A stretch of 64,000 nt of DNA from Candidatus Micrarchaeota archaeon (GTDB taxonomy: Archaea; Micrarchaeota; Micrarchaeia; Anstonellales; Bilamarchaeaceae), in the NCBI GenBank assembly GCA_964647855.1, contig CAZYJW010000002.1:4720-68719 (forward strand), given 5' to 3'. The translations under genes and the position numbers were made by a program. The notes under the pieces are model-generated. The model worked only from the letters and a program-made list of their open reading frames with translations, did not search any database and was not told the DNA's origin. Positions 9,470 to 18,259 of the stretch are shown here, one piece after another. The stretch's first letter is position 1; the number at the start of each line of letters is the position of its first letter.

Positions 9470-10618
9470 TTGCCATTGCACATGGCAATTCCGAACACAT
9501 GGCGCTTTGGGGCTGATTTGATGGCGGAAAAGCAACTGGTCCGAAAAGGCGGGCTGCAGGATGAGTTGGGCGGCCTTTCTCCGATGCAGGAGGAGCGGCT
9601 CAAGCCGCTCGGCCCGCCCCAGGCGGGCACTGGACGCGTTCCGGAAACCGCGCCGCCTTCCCCGATGCCGGCCGGCCAATCCCGCGAGAAGGAGCGCCGC
9701 GGGGACAGGGTTCCAGATAGCGGCACTGCCAGGGCAGGGCAGCAGGGCGCGGTGGCGGACACGGCAGCATCCCGAGGCGGAAGCCGCGCTCCGCGCCTGC
9801 AGGGCGCGGACAACCAAGGTTTCGCCGCAACCCTCGAGATAAGGGAAATCCAGCGCGAGGCGACCCGCAGGTGGCTCGCCGGCGTTATACCCCTTGCGCC
9901 CACGGATGAAATGCCGGACCTGCATATCGAGGAACCGTCCTATTTTTCCAGGATTGAAAATGAATGCGGGTTCTCGCCCACTGGCTTTTATCAATTCGGC
10001 ACCGACAATGTCCATGTAACGAACGCCCCCCAGAGCGGGGCGGATAGGGCGGTTTTGCTGGTCCACGAGGACCTGCACTTCTTTTCCCGGGACGGATTGC
10101 GCATTTTCTTCGAAAGGGACGACGGGAACATTGCGCGCCCCGGATACATCGCATGGATGAACGAGGGCATGACCGAGCTTTTCGCCCAGACCATAGTAAG
10201 GGAGAACGGGATGGCCCCCGGAAGTGTCGGCTATTCCTATGAAACCCTCACCGCCCACTATCTGCTCATGGCGGTGTCGACCGCGGCGGGGAGCGAACAA
10301 ATCGGGCGCGAGGCAATGTTGACCGCTTATATGACGGGCGATTTCTCCCGTGTCCGGGCTCTTGCCGACGCGACGCTTGGCGAAGGGTCTTTCGAGAGGT
10401 TGCTCGGCATGCAAACCGGCGCAGAGGCACTCGGCTTCATACGCTCAAGGATTCCCGAGGCCGACCAGGCGGGGATGATCCGCGCGCCCGGAACCGGAAG
10501 GTCGCTTCCCTTGGCTTCATGGCTTGACAATCCGATAGCCAAGCGGGCGAGGATGCAGATAGCCTTGAGCGAGGTTTCCGGAAGGCCGATGCCCACCCTC
10601 GGCAGGACATTTGACTGA
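9470..10618 (+). CDS. uncharacterised zincin-like protein (HExxH ... NEGMTE), family member 1 of 3
   Basis: HEDLH motif followed ~30 aa later by WMNEGMTELFAQ. The C-terminal half is collinear with the ORFs at 61480-62601 and 62598-63950 (YETL.., MTGDFSRVRAL, GEGSFERL, GAEALGFI, W..NPI). The start is uncertain: TTG 9470, with ATGs at 9482 and 9518. Confidence 0.75.
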   Translation: MPLHMAIPNTWRFGADLMAEKQLVRKGGLQDELGGLSPMQEERLKPLGPPQAGTGRVPETAPPSPMPAGQSREKERRGDRVPDSGTARAGQQGAVADTAASRGGSRAPRLQGADNQGFAATLEIREIQREATRRWLAGVIPLAPTDEMPDLHIEEPSYFSRIENECGFSPTGFYQFGTDNVHVTNAPQSGADRAVLLVHEDLHFFSRDGLRIFFERDDGNIARPGYIAWMNEGMTELFAQTIVRENGMAPGSVGYSYETLTAHYLLMAVSTAAGSEQIGREAMLTAYMTGDFSRVRALADATLGEGSFERLLGMQTGAEALGFIRSRIPEADQAGMIRAPGTGRSLPLASWLDNPIAKRARMQIALSEVSGRPMPTLGRTFD

Positions 10619-10651
10619 TGCATGGGGATGGCTGGTGCGCCCATCACCGGT

Positions 10652-10705
10652 TTTAAAAATCCTGCGCCCTAACCTAATAAACCAGATTCGGGGTCATGGG
10701 CTAAC
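10652..10705. repeat. left direct repeat (attL-like): displaced tRNA promoter plus first 16 nt of tRNA
   Basis: Gap-free alignment with 13515-13568 gives 41/54 identities. The ends TTTAAAAATCCT and GGGGTCATGGGCTAAC are identical. Confidence 0.8.
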
Positions 10706-10809
10706 AAGTCGCTTGTCTCATAATCTTATGACGTAAAACTGCTTTTAAACACATCGTTACGGCATACCAGAACGCCCGGATTAAAGGCCCGCCCCTAGTT
10801 CGTCGGAGG

Positions 10810-11415
10810 ATGAAGCATCAGCCAGATTTGAACGGAACCGATAATGACCCGAAGCACACCAATCAAGAACATCAGGATGGTCAGCGCGGCCATAACGCGG
10901 GTCAGGTTGATAATTTCCTCGGTCTGTTTCTAAAATCCTACGGCGCATATACTTTTTGCTTGGTTTGGGGTTTTCCTGAACATCTACCGCGCCCGACTAT
11001 TCGCGAGTTGCTACAGCACGACGATGATGAGTCGTCGGGATGTGGGACGTTGTGCGGAAAGAACAAGTCAAGCACAGAGAAGTATCTCGGTATAAGGGCG
11101 AGATACATTCGGAAGCACGTGCTCAGGCAGACAGGGAAGCGGATTCGCTTCACCGCCTCACATGTTGGGCGGTTTCTCGGTATCCATGAGAGGCGATGTG
11201 CCTATTGTGGCACAACCGAGGGGCGATTTGTCATCGAGCACGTCGTTCCGATGAGTAGAGGAGGGGAGACGAAGTTCCATAACCTCGTCCTGGCTTGCCA
11301 GAAATGCAATGATGACAAGCTGGACATGACCCTGGGCGAGTGGAAACATGCACCCGCCAAGGTCGAAAGGCGGCTGGTGAAGAACCAGACGACTATGGCT
11401 GACTTCGTCCAGTGA
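10810..11415 (+). CDS. HNH endonuclease
   Basis: C-terminal CAYCG...EHVVPMSRGG...HNLVLACQKCNDDK HNH/zinc-finger motif. The N-terminal ~40 aa look non-coding, so the start is uncertain. Confidence 0.7.
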   Translation: MKHQPDLNGTDNDPKHTNQEHQDGQRGHNAGQVDNFLGLFLKSYGAYTFCLVWGFPEHLPRPTIRELLQHDDDESSGCGTLCGKNKSSTEKYLGIRARYIRKHVLRQTGKRIRFTASHVGRFLGIHERRCAYCGTTEGRFVIEHVVPMSRGGETKFHNLVLACQKCNDDKLDMTLGEWKHAPAKVERRLVKNQTTMADFVQ

Positions 11416-11455
11416 TAAACCCTCTTTCCCCTTATTTTTATCATCGAAGTGGGGG

Positions 11456-12523
11456 ATGGGTATGCTCGTCACAGAAATAGACAAGGATACGGAACGGCTT
11501 CTCAATGCGATGCTTCTTGTCAGCATGCGCCATGATAAGAAATGGGAAGGTCCAACCGTGCATGATGCTGTAGTTTGCCACGCTTGCGATGCATTAAGAC
11601 AGCATGGATTCCGAGTGGTGCAAGAATATCCTGTCGCATACAAATCCCACAAAAAGGATGATGAGAAAGCGGGCAGGTTGGATATATTTGGTCAGAAGGA
11701 CGGTAAAACGATAGCTTTGGAGGTGGATACTGGTAATAAAATCCGCATAAAGACCATTCGCAAGCTCATTATATCCAAAGCCGACAATTGCGTAATAATC
11801 CATGGAGGGGGATTTCTGGAATCGGATATCCGCGACCATGCGATGAACTATGCAAGGAAAACGCAGGGACGAGTGAGATACAATAAAGCTCTTGAACTGG
11901 TTTCCGAGATACGTTTCAGGAGACGCTATAAGGTAATTGAGGAGCAATTCCAAAAAGCCTTGAAGTCCTTTCCTGAATGGAATTCATTCACGGGTCAGAT
12001 ATTCATCATTGATGTGTCTGCAAGGAGGAACTTCAAGGTAACTTTGGAAAAAGAGGATAATACGATATACTGTTTCTTAGAGCGGATAGAGATAACTGAG
12101 CAGATGGTCTCCCCGCAAACATTTGGAAGGCAAGAACCCGTAGAGATAGGTCGGGCCGAATATTTCGCTGAATGGAATACGTGGGCAGTCCTTATGGATT
12201 CGGGATATTATTATGTTAAACAGGGTAGAAAGATAGGCGAACCTTTGCACAAATTGATAGCACGCAAGTTCATATATCGGAGGTATCCCTTGTTTTTCAA
12301 AAAATATTATTATAGGCAGGAATTGGACGACCTGGATGTTCATCATATCGACCGAAACAAGACCAACAATCAACCAGATAACCTTGTGATTATCAGCAGA
12401 CAAGAGCACCGTGTCAAAATACAGCATCAAAACATTATTGAGAATGACCGAGCGAGCGGCATCATGGAACTAAAACGAGTGGGTATCCATGCGCCCCATA
12501 TCAAGGAATTAGAAGCTCTTTGA
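11456..12523 (+). CDS. HNH endonuclease with N-terminal putative PD-(D/E)xK-like domain
   Basis: C-terminal DVHHIDRNKTNNQPDNLVIISRQEHRVK (HNH_3-like). The N-terminal GRLDIF...IALEVDTGNK pattern resembles a restriction-endonuclease-fold core (weak). Confidence 0.7.
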   Translation: MGMLVTEIDKDTERLLNAMLLVSMRHDKKWEGPTVHDAVVCHACDALRQHGFRVVQEYPVAYKSHKKDDEKAGRLDIFGQKDGKTIALEVDTGNKIRIKTIRKLIISKADNCVIIHGGGFLESDIRDHAMNYARKTQGRVRYNKALELVSEIRFRRRYKVIEEQFQKALKSFPEWNSFTGQIFIIDVSARRNFKVTLEKEDNTIYCFLERIEITEQMVSPQTFGRQEPVEIGRAEYFAEWNTWAVLMDSGYYYVKQGRKIGEPLHKLIARKFIYRRYPLFFKKYYYRQELDDLDVHHIDRNKTNNQPDNLVIISRQEHRVKIQHQNIIENDRASGIMELKRVGIHAPHIKELEAL

Positions 12524-12715
12524 GCATACCCCAACAATTCAATGGTGTGGTTTCCCACACTTAGCAGCCAGGAGGGTATTTATCCCGCCCCTTCTGCTTC
12601 TCCATGTCTAAAGCAGGTTACGCCCGCCCATTCATCCCCCAAGACGAATAGGAAGGCAGACCTGCGGATAAAACCTTCCCGATATGTCTAAAATCCTTCA
12701 GAAAGATGCAACAGC

Positions 12716-13207
12716 ATGAAAACAACAATCATCGTTATACTTATTCTAGGAATATTCTCATTCGGCTGCGCACAAAAACATGAGATGGATTTACAAAATA
12801 CTTCTGAAAACTTTCCGCAAGAGACGGTTAAATCTCCAATAAATTGTCTTGATATATTAGAGAACACGAGAGTTAGTGCTACCATTTCCAGAGGAACAAA
12901 TCCACCGCAAGTTTTCCTTGATTACATGACACCACGAACAAAGAACGGATTCACAAATGGCGGACATAATTATAGTGATATGAATAACGGATGCAGAGAA
13001 GCCAGGGAAACGGGTGAAAACATAAATCATCTTTACTGTAATTTTTATTTTCAGGTGAGAAGAACCAATGTCAGCAAGAATGGGATTCTTGGAGAGGAAG
13101 AATGCTATCAAGTTTTGATTAAGGAATTGAATTTTGTTTCTAAAGCTACTCCTAATGAAGTTTATGACGCCTATGAAGCAATCAACATAACCTGCACACC
13201 GTGTTAG
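12716..13207 (+). CDS. putative secreted lipoprotein, Cys-rich, unknown function
   Basis: Signal peptide MKTTIIVILILGIFSFGC with a lipobox-like FSFGC. Six further Cys residues and AT-rich codon usage. Confidence 0.6.
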   Translation: MKTTIIVILILGIFSFGCAQKHEMDLQNTSENFPQETVKSPINCLDILENTRVSATISRGTNPPQVFLDYMTPRTKNGFTNGGHNYSDMNNGCREARETGENINHLYCNFYFQVRRTNVSKNGILGEEECYQVLIKELNFVSKATPNEVYDAYEAINITCTPC

Positions 13208-13514
13208 TCTAAATAATAGGAACATGCCCGGCCTTCATCGCCCAGAGGCTCCGGCACGGCCTTCAATAGCCCAGCAAAACCAACTTGGGGATTGGATGCC
13301 TGCTGGGCCAGAAGCATCACCCGCCATCATCGCATAAGCTCCGGTGGTAGCTGATGATTGCCTTCCGGTTCGCTTCAGGCATCTTTACTTTCTCAGGCGT
13401 CGCCTTCTTGCCCCTCACCTTCACCGATACTTCCGATAGCCGTCTTATGGCGGCTTCCACGTCGTTCCCGCTTGCCATTTTGTCATCTCCAAGACAGCGG
13501 CGCTACGTTCGGAC

Positions 13515-13523
13515 TTTAAAAAT
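13515..13523 (+). promoter_or_regulatory. TATA-box-like element upstream of tRNA
   Basis: TTTAAAAAT centred ~34 nt upstream of tRNA nt 1. Confidence 0.6.
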
Positions 13524-13568
13524 CCTTCGTGCTAACCTCATGACAATAGTCTGGGGTCATGGGCTAAC
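13515..13568. repeat. right direct repeat (attR-like): active tRNA promoter plus tRNA nt 1-16
   Basis: See 10652-10705. This copy is contiguous with the rest of the tRNA. Confidence 0.8.
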
Positions 13569-13710
13569 CTGGTAGACTGGAGCCTTCGGGTGAGCCTTTT
13601 TGGCATATGTCCTTCTAAGGGCAAAAACCCTCGGGAAAAAGCCCTGAGGAAAACATGTCAAAGCGGTTCAGCAAAAGGCTTTGATCTGAGTTCAAATCTC
13701 AGTGACCCCA
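13553..13710 (+). tRNA. intron-containing tRNA, probably tRNA-Pro(CGG), with ~85-nt intron at 37/38
   Basis: Acceptor GGGGTCA/TGACCCC. T-arm CTGAG-TTCAAAT-CTCAG. Anticodon stem GAGCC/GGCTT with loop TTCGGG^...^A. Proposed intron is 13591-13675. The mature length would be 73 nt. The D-stem pairs poorly, so an Arg(UCG) alternative fold cannot be fully excluded. Confidence 0.75.
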
Positions 13711-13732
13711 ATAATCTTCCCAGAGTGGTCCC

Positions 13733-13933
13733 TTGGACGGCATAATAGGCGGCCCGGAGCCGGGGCGGAGGCTCGCGGCTAAGACGCAGAGCATCCAGGA
13801 GGCCGAGGACGCCGCGCGGCGGTTCGAGGCCGAAGGGTACAGCGCGGAAATCAGGCGCATATCCCGCTCGGGCATCACAATCTACGAGGTCTGGATAAGC
13901 AGGAAGCCGGACGTCTTCTCGGCCGGGAAATGA
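13733..13933 (+). CDS. hypothetical small protein
   Basis: 66-aa ORF with a TTG start. High-GC third-position usage, no recognisable motif. Confidence 0.35.
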   Translation: MDGIIGGPEPGRRLAAKTQSIQEAEDAARRFEAEGYSAEIRRISRSGITIYEVWISRKPDVFSAGK

Positions 13934-13975
13934 GTTGATGGCGTAGGATTGGGGCGCCGTGCCGGTGCAATCCGG

Positions 13976-14323
13976 CTACCGGTAGTAGCGCTGTTGCTGC
14001 TGGCCGGGCTGGGACTGCTGCTGGAACAACGCCTTCCTGCGCTCCACCTCGTCCTGGAACTCGGCCCATATCCTGCTGCCTTCGGTTGCCGGCAGGAGCT
14101 TTATCACGGTCAGCTTCCTGTGTCGCGATTCAGCCGCAAGGGGCGTGTAGTCTGCAAGGACATAGTCGCCCTTCTTCGCCTTCCTGGAGATTTTCTTGTC
14201 CACCCCGAGAATCAGGAGGTTCGAGTCCCACATCCGGACCACCGCCTGGACGCTCAGGTCGCTGCTGACCACGCCGTTCTTGTCAGGATAGATGATATGC
14301 TGTATCATGCCTATATGGTACAT
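13976..14323 (-). CDS. hypothetical protein with Gln-rich C-terminus
   Basis: 115-aa ORF with reasonable composition. No motif recognised. Confidence 0.5.
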   Translation of the reverse strand: MYHIGMIQHIIYPDKNGVVSSDLSVQAVVRMWDSNLLILGVDKKISRKAKKGDYVLADYTPLAAESRHRKLTVIKLLPATEGSRIWAEFQDEVERRKALFQQQSQPGQQQQRYYR

Positions 14324-14574
14324 CGGGTCTCCCTCGGCAATAATGGCCGCGCACGGATTATAATCCTATGCGGGCGGCATCACGCTTCGCCATCCTACTC
14401 GTCGATAATATACAAAAATAAGAGAAAAACATGTGCATTGCAACCTATATTGACGAAATCAGTGCATTTTTCACCACATTTCAACGATAGATATAAAAAA
14501 CCCGCCAAACGAATATCCTCTTATAAGAGAAACGCCAGGCTGAACGCTCCGTCCGGGCATAAAGAGGTGGGGAA

Positions 14575-15249
14575 ATGGACGGGAATCTATCGAAGGTGGG
14601 GTTCGATTCCGGAACCTTCTGGCAGGAGGCCAACGCGGCCCTTGCCCTCGGAACACGCGAGATGCTTCTCCATGCGCGCGAAAAGGAGGGCCTCCTCTCC
14701 GCATACGACAGGATGGACTGCTCATTGGGCGAAATCGTCGGAAGGCACTCGCCGCCCGAGCATGCGAGGGAGGAGCTCAACCGCAAGCTGCGGGACAGGA
14801 TATCCCTGGTGGGCAGGATGATGCGCGCGGCTAACATCGACGCGGAGAGATACTGGGATGACGGCATGAAGTCCGTCTCCATGCTGGTCCTAAAGGCCCT
14901 CGGCAAGACGCGGGGGAAGGTCTTCGCAATCGACAACCTTGTCGGGGATGCGGTGGACGCGCTGTGCGAGGGCAACTTCACTCAGGAGGGCGCAAGGAGG
15001 CTGCTTGCCGAGCTCTCCACGTACGAATGCGACAACGTGAGGCAGCTGACAAGGCGCCTGGGGGACAGCCCGGGCCACACGGATTTCCTCAGGCTTCTTT
15101 CAGACAAGGGGACGAGGGCGGCGAAAAAAGCCGCGGAAAGCGCGCTCGCCTCGCTATCGCCCGCGCAGGATTTGAAGCCCCTCGCCAGGGTCATACCCAT
15201 GCCATTGCGCATGGAGGCGACCGTCCGCGCCCCCCTGCGGCACCGCTAA
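14575..15249 (+). CDS. hypothetical protein
   Basis: 224-aa ORF following an AT-rich promoter region. Helical composition, no motif recognised. Confidence 0.55.
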   Translation: MDGNLSKVGFDSGTFWQEANAALALGTREMLLHAREKEGLLSAYDRMDCSLGEIVGRHSPPEHAREELNRKLRDRISLVGRMMRAANIDAERYWDDGMKSVSMLVLKALGKTRGKVFAIDNLVGDAVDALCEGNFTQEGARRLLAELSTYECDNVRQLTRRLGDSPGHTDFLRLLSDKGTRAAKKAAESALASLSPAQDLKPLARVIPMPLRMEATVRAPLRHR

Positions 15250-15274
15250 AAGCCTTGCCCGCGTTGGCCTAAGC

Positions 15275-16165
15275 ATGGGAAGGCTTCCGGAATGGCTGAG
15301 AATCCGGCATGTCAGGAATTCCAATTCCGAAGAGGTGGAGGCGCTCTCGGCACGACTTTCGCTCCACACGGTGTGCCAGAGCGCTCACTGCCCGAACCGC
15401 AGCGAATGCTGGGCCGCAAGGACGGCGACGTTCATGGTTATGGGCGAGCATTGCACGCGCGCCTGCAGGTTCTGCGCGGTGAAGACGTCCGCCAAGCCGC
15501 CACCCCTTGACGATGGCGAACCTGAGCGCCTTGCGGAGGCGGCAGCCGCCCTCGGACTCGGCTATGCGGTCATAACCTCGGTTACCCGGGACGACCTGCC
15601 CGACCAGGGCGCGGACCACATCGCGCGATGCATACGGGCGGTACGCGCAAGGTCGCCGGACATCCTGATTGAGGCCCTGGTTCCTGATTTCCGCGCGGAT
15701 GAGAACGCCATAGAGACGGTCTTGGGGGCGATGCCGGACGTTTATTCGCACAACATCGAAACCGTCGAAAGGCTCAGCCCCGCCGTCCGGGACAGGAGGG
15801 CGGGATACCGGCAGTCGCTGCGCGCCCTCGCGCTCGCGCGTGAGCTCTCCCGCGGAAGCGCCATCATCAAATCCGGGCTCATGGTGGGCCTGGGGGAGGA
15901 AGACTCCGAGGTTCTGCAGGCGATGTCGGACCTGCGCGACGCCGGCGTGGAGATCCTGACCGTCGGCCAATACCTCTCGCCATCGAAATCAGGCAGGCAC
16001 CTCCCGGTCGCCCGCTTCGTCGAGCCGGACGGGTTCCGGGCCTACGAGGGCGAGGCTTACCGCCGGGGCTTCCGCTTCGTTGCGAGCGGGCCGCTCGTCC
16101 GCAGCTCTTACCGGGCGGCCGAACCCTTCCTCGAGGGCGTCCTGAGCCGCCCCCGGCGGCGATAA
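15275..16165 (+). CDS. lipA: lipoyl synthase
   Basis: CPNRSEC auxiliary cluster and CTRACRFC radical-SAM cluster, with SGLMVGLGE. Confidence 0.95.
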   Translation: MGRLPEWLRIRHVRNSNSEEVEALSARLSLHTVCQSAHCPNRSECWAARTATFMVMGEHCTRACRFCAVKTSAKPPPLDDGEPERLAEAAAALGLGYAVITSVTRDDLPDQGADHIARCIRAVRARSPDILIEALVPDFRADENAIETVLGAMPDVYSHNIETVERLSPAVRDRRAGYRQSLRALALARELSRGSAIIKSGLMVGLGEEDSEVLQAMSDLRDAGVEILTVGQYLSPSKSGRHLPVARFVEPDGFRAYEGEAYRRGFRFVASGPLVRSSYRAAEPFLEGVLSRPRRR

Positions 16166-16202
16166 CGCTATTAAACTACCCTCAGAATCCGTATCGGATT
16201 CT

Positions 16203-17270
16203 ATGCCGGTTTCAACCGTTTTCGAGGGGAAGGTCGGGATGATGGGCATCCTCGACAAGGACGGGAACGCGGATTCCGCGCTCGAGCCGAAGCTGTCCAG
16301 GGCCGAACTCGAGCGCATGTACAGGATGATGGTGCTCGGAAGGGGTTGGGACAGGAAATGCGTCGCCCTGCAAAGGACCGGGCGCATGTACACATACCCG
16401 CCCCTCGAAGGGCAGGAGGCCGTGTGCGTCGGCGCCGTGACAGCGTGCGCGGACGCTGACTGGATTTTCCCCACTTACAGGGAGGCGTGCATGACATACT
16501 ACATGCGGGGGCATCCCGCATACAAATCCAACCTCATGTGGATGGGGCTCGAAGACGGGCTCGCCCTTGGCAAAAAGACAAGGTGCTTCCCGTACGCGAC
16601 GCCGATAGCGACGCAGCTTCCGCACGCCGTCGGGGCCGCGTACGCCCTGCGCATGGGCGGGGAGAAGGCTGCGTGCCTCGCGTTCTGCGGCGACGGAGGC
16701 ACTAGCGAGGGCGACTTCCACGACGGGATGAATTTCGCGGGCGTGTGGAACGTGCCGTGCATCTTCGTGATATCGAACAACCACTGGGCGATATCGGTGC
16801 CAAGGGCCATGCAGACCCGCTCCGAAACGATTGCGCAAAAAGCCCTCGCATACGGATTCGGCGGGTTGCAGGTGGACGGAAACGACGTCCTGGCGGTCCA
16901 CGTTGCGGTCAGGGAGGCGCTTGACGCTGCGAGGGGCGGCAAGGGGCCAAGGCTTATCGAATGCATCACATACAGGATGGGCCCGCACACGACTGCGGAT
17001 GACCCGAAGCGCTATCGCAGCGACGACGAGATCGCAGCCTGGCGGGAGAAGGACCCGATATCGCGGTTCGAGAAGTACCTCGCGGCAAAGGGGATATGGA
17101 ACGAAGGCTACGCAAAGTCGGTGGCCGAAGAGGCGGCCGCAATCGTGGAGAAATCCGTCCAGGAGGCGGAGGCGTACCGGCCGGATCCGAAGGACATCTT
17201 CAGGCACATGTATTCGAAGATGACGAAGGACCTCGAGTCGCAGATGGAGGAGTGCTTCAGGAAGGGGTGA
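16203..17270 (+). CDS. 2-oxoacid dehydrogenase E1 component alpha subunit (TPP-dependent)
   Basis: TPP-binding motif GDGGTSEGDF...NNHWAIS. YRMGPHTTADD. Confidence 0.9.
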   Translation: MPVSTVFEGKVGMMGILDKDGNADSALEPKLSRAELERMYRMMVLGRGWDRKCVALQRTGRMYTYPPLEGQEAVCVGAVTACADADWIFPTYREACMTYYMRGHPAYKSNLMWMGLEDGLALGKKTRCFPYATPIATQLPHAVGAAYALRMGGEKAACLAFCGDGGTSEGDFHDGMNFAGVWNVPCIFVISNNHWAISVPRAMQTRSETIAQKALAYGFGGLQVDGNDVLAVHVAVREALDAARGGKGPRLIECITYRMGPHTTADDPKRYRSDDEIAAWREKDPISRFEKYLAAKGIWNEGYAKSVAEEAAAIVEKSVQEAEAYRPDPKDIFRHMYSKMTKDLESQMEECFRKG

Positions 17271-17275
17271 CGCTC

Positions 17276-18250
17276 ATGAAGATGAACATGGTGGAGGCGA
17301 TAAACCGGTGCCTTGCGCAGGAGATGGGGAGGGACGGGAAGATACTGGTCATGGGGGAGGATGTCGGCGTTGACGGGGGCGTCTTCCGCGTCACCGAGGG
17401 CCTCCTCGCGAAATTCGGGAAGGAGCGCGTGATTGACACGCCCCTCTCTGAAAACGGCATCATAGGGACTGCGATAGGGATGGCCGCGCTCGGACTGAAG
17501 CCCGTTCCCGAAATCCAGTTCCAGGGATTCGACTACGAGGGTTACCATCAGATAGTGCAGCACATGGCGCGCCTGAGGAACAGGACCCGGGGGGAGATAA
17601 CGCTCCCCATGGTCCTGAGGCTTCCCGCAAGCGGAGGCATCCGGGCGCTCGAGCACCATGGCGAGAGCGCCGAAACCATTTATCTGCACATGCCGGGGCT
17701 CAAGGTGGTCTACCCGGCATCGCCCTACGACGCGAAAGGCCTCCTGGCAGCCAGCCTAGAAGAGGACGATCCGGTTCTCTATTTCGAGCCTAAAAGGCTC
17801 TACCGTGCCTACAAGGAGGAGGTCCCCGAGGAGAGATTCACCGTCCCGATTGGGAAGGCGAGGACTGTCCATGAGGGGGACGACGTCACGCTGATAAGCT
17901 GGGGCGCAATGACCTACGTGGGAAAGGAGGCTGTAGAGGAAGCCGCGAAACAGGGGGTTTCGGTCGAGCACCTCGACCTCCGCAGCCTGATGCCCTGCGA
18001 CTGGGACGCCATCAGCACGGCGCTAAGGAAGACCGGCAGGGCGGTGATCGTCCATGAGGCGTTCAGGACCCTCGGCTTCGGAGCCGAGATAGCCGCCCGC
18101 ATCATGGAGTCGGATTTCCTTTCGCTAGAGGCGCCCGTGCGGAGGGTCGCGGGATGGGATATCCAGATACCCTATCCGAAACAGGAGGAATATTTCTATC
18201 CCGGCAAGGAGAGGATACTCAAGGCCCTCCTTGAGACGGCACGCTTCTGA
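17276..18250 (+). CDS. 2-oxoacid dehydrogenase E1 component beta subunit
   Basis: Starts MKMNMVEAINRCL 5 nt after the E1-alpha stop. GEDVG..GGVFRVT and IDTPLSENGI motifs. Confidence 0.9.
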   Translation: MKMNMVEAINRCLAQEMGRDGKILVMGEDVGVDGGVFRVTEGLLAKFGKERVIDTPLSENGIIGTAIGMAALGLKPVPEIQFQGFDYEGYHQIVQHMARLRNRTRGEITLPMVLRLPASGGIRALEHHGESAETIYLHMPGLKVVYPASPYDAKGLLAASLEEDDPVLYFEPKRLYRAYKEEVPEERFTVPIGKARTVHEGDDVTLISWGAMTYVGKEAVEEAAKQGVSVEHLDLRSLMPCDWDAISTALRKTGRAVIVHEAFRTLGFGAEIAARIMESDFLSLEAPVRRVAGWDIQIPYPKQEEYFYPGKERILKALLETARF

Positions 18251-18259
18251 GGTCTTGGC

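Larger units (their letters stand above)
10652..13568. mobile_element. AT-rich ~2.9 kb insertion at the 5' end of a tRNA gene (integrated element or remnant; no integrase seen)
   Basis: Bounded by 54-nt imperfect direct repeats. The interior is visibly AT-richer than the flanks and encodes two HNH nucleases and a lipobox protein. Confidence 0.65.

Noticed and set aside
10795-10893. 32-aa hydrophobic minus-strand peptide (MAALTILMFLIGVLRVIIGSVQIWLMLHPPTN), antisense to the 5' end of the first HNH ORF.
   Set aside because: It is too short to support from sequence alone. It is noted because the HNH ORF N-terminus looks non-coding, so either reading could be correct, but there is no independent evidence.
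13354-13575. 73-aa plus-strand ORF crossing the right direct repeat, considered as a split SSV-type integrase fragment.
   Set aside because: No integrase motifs, no matching partner ORF across the left repeat, and low-complexity hydrophobic composition. It also runs into the tRNA.
13949-14821. 290-aa plus-strand ORF spanning the 13976-14323 gene, an AT-rich spacer and the start of 14575-15249.
   Set aside because: It crosses an obvious promoter-like AT-rich intergenic region, overlaps two better-behaved ORFs, and has a low-complexity composition.
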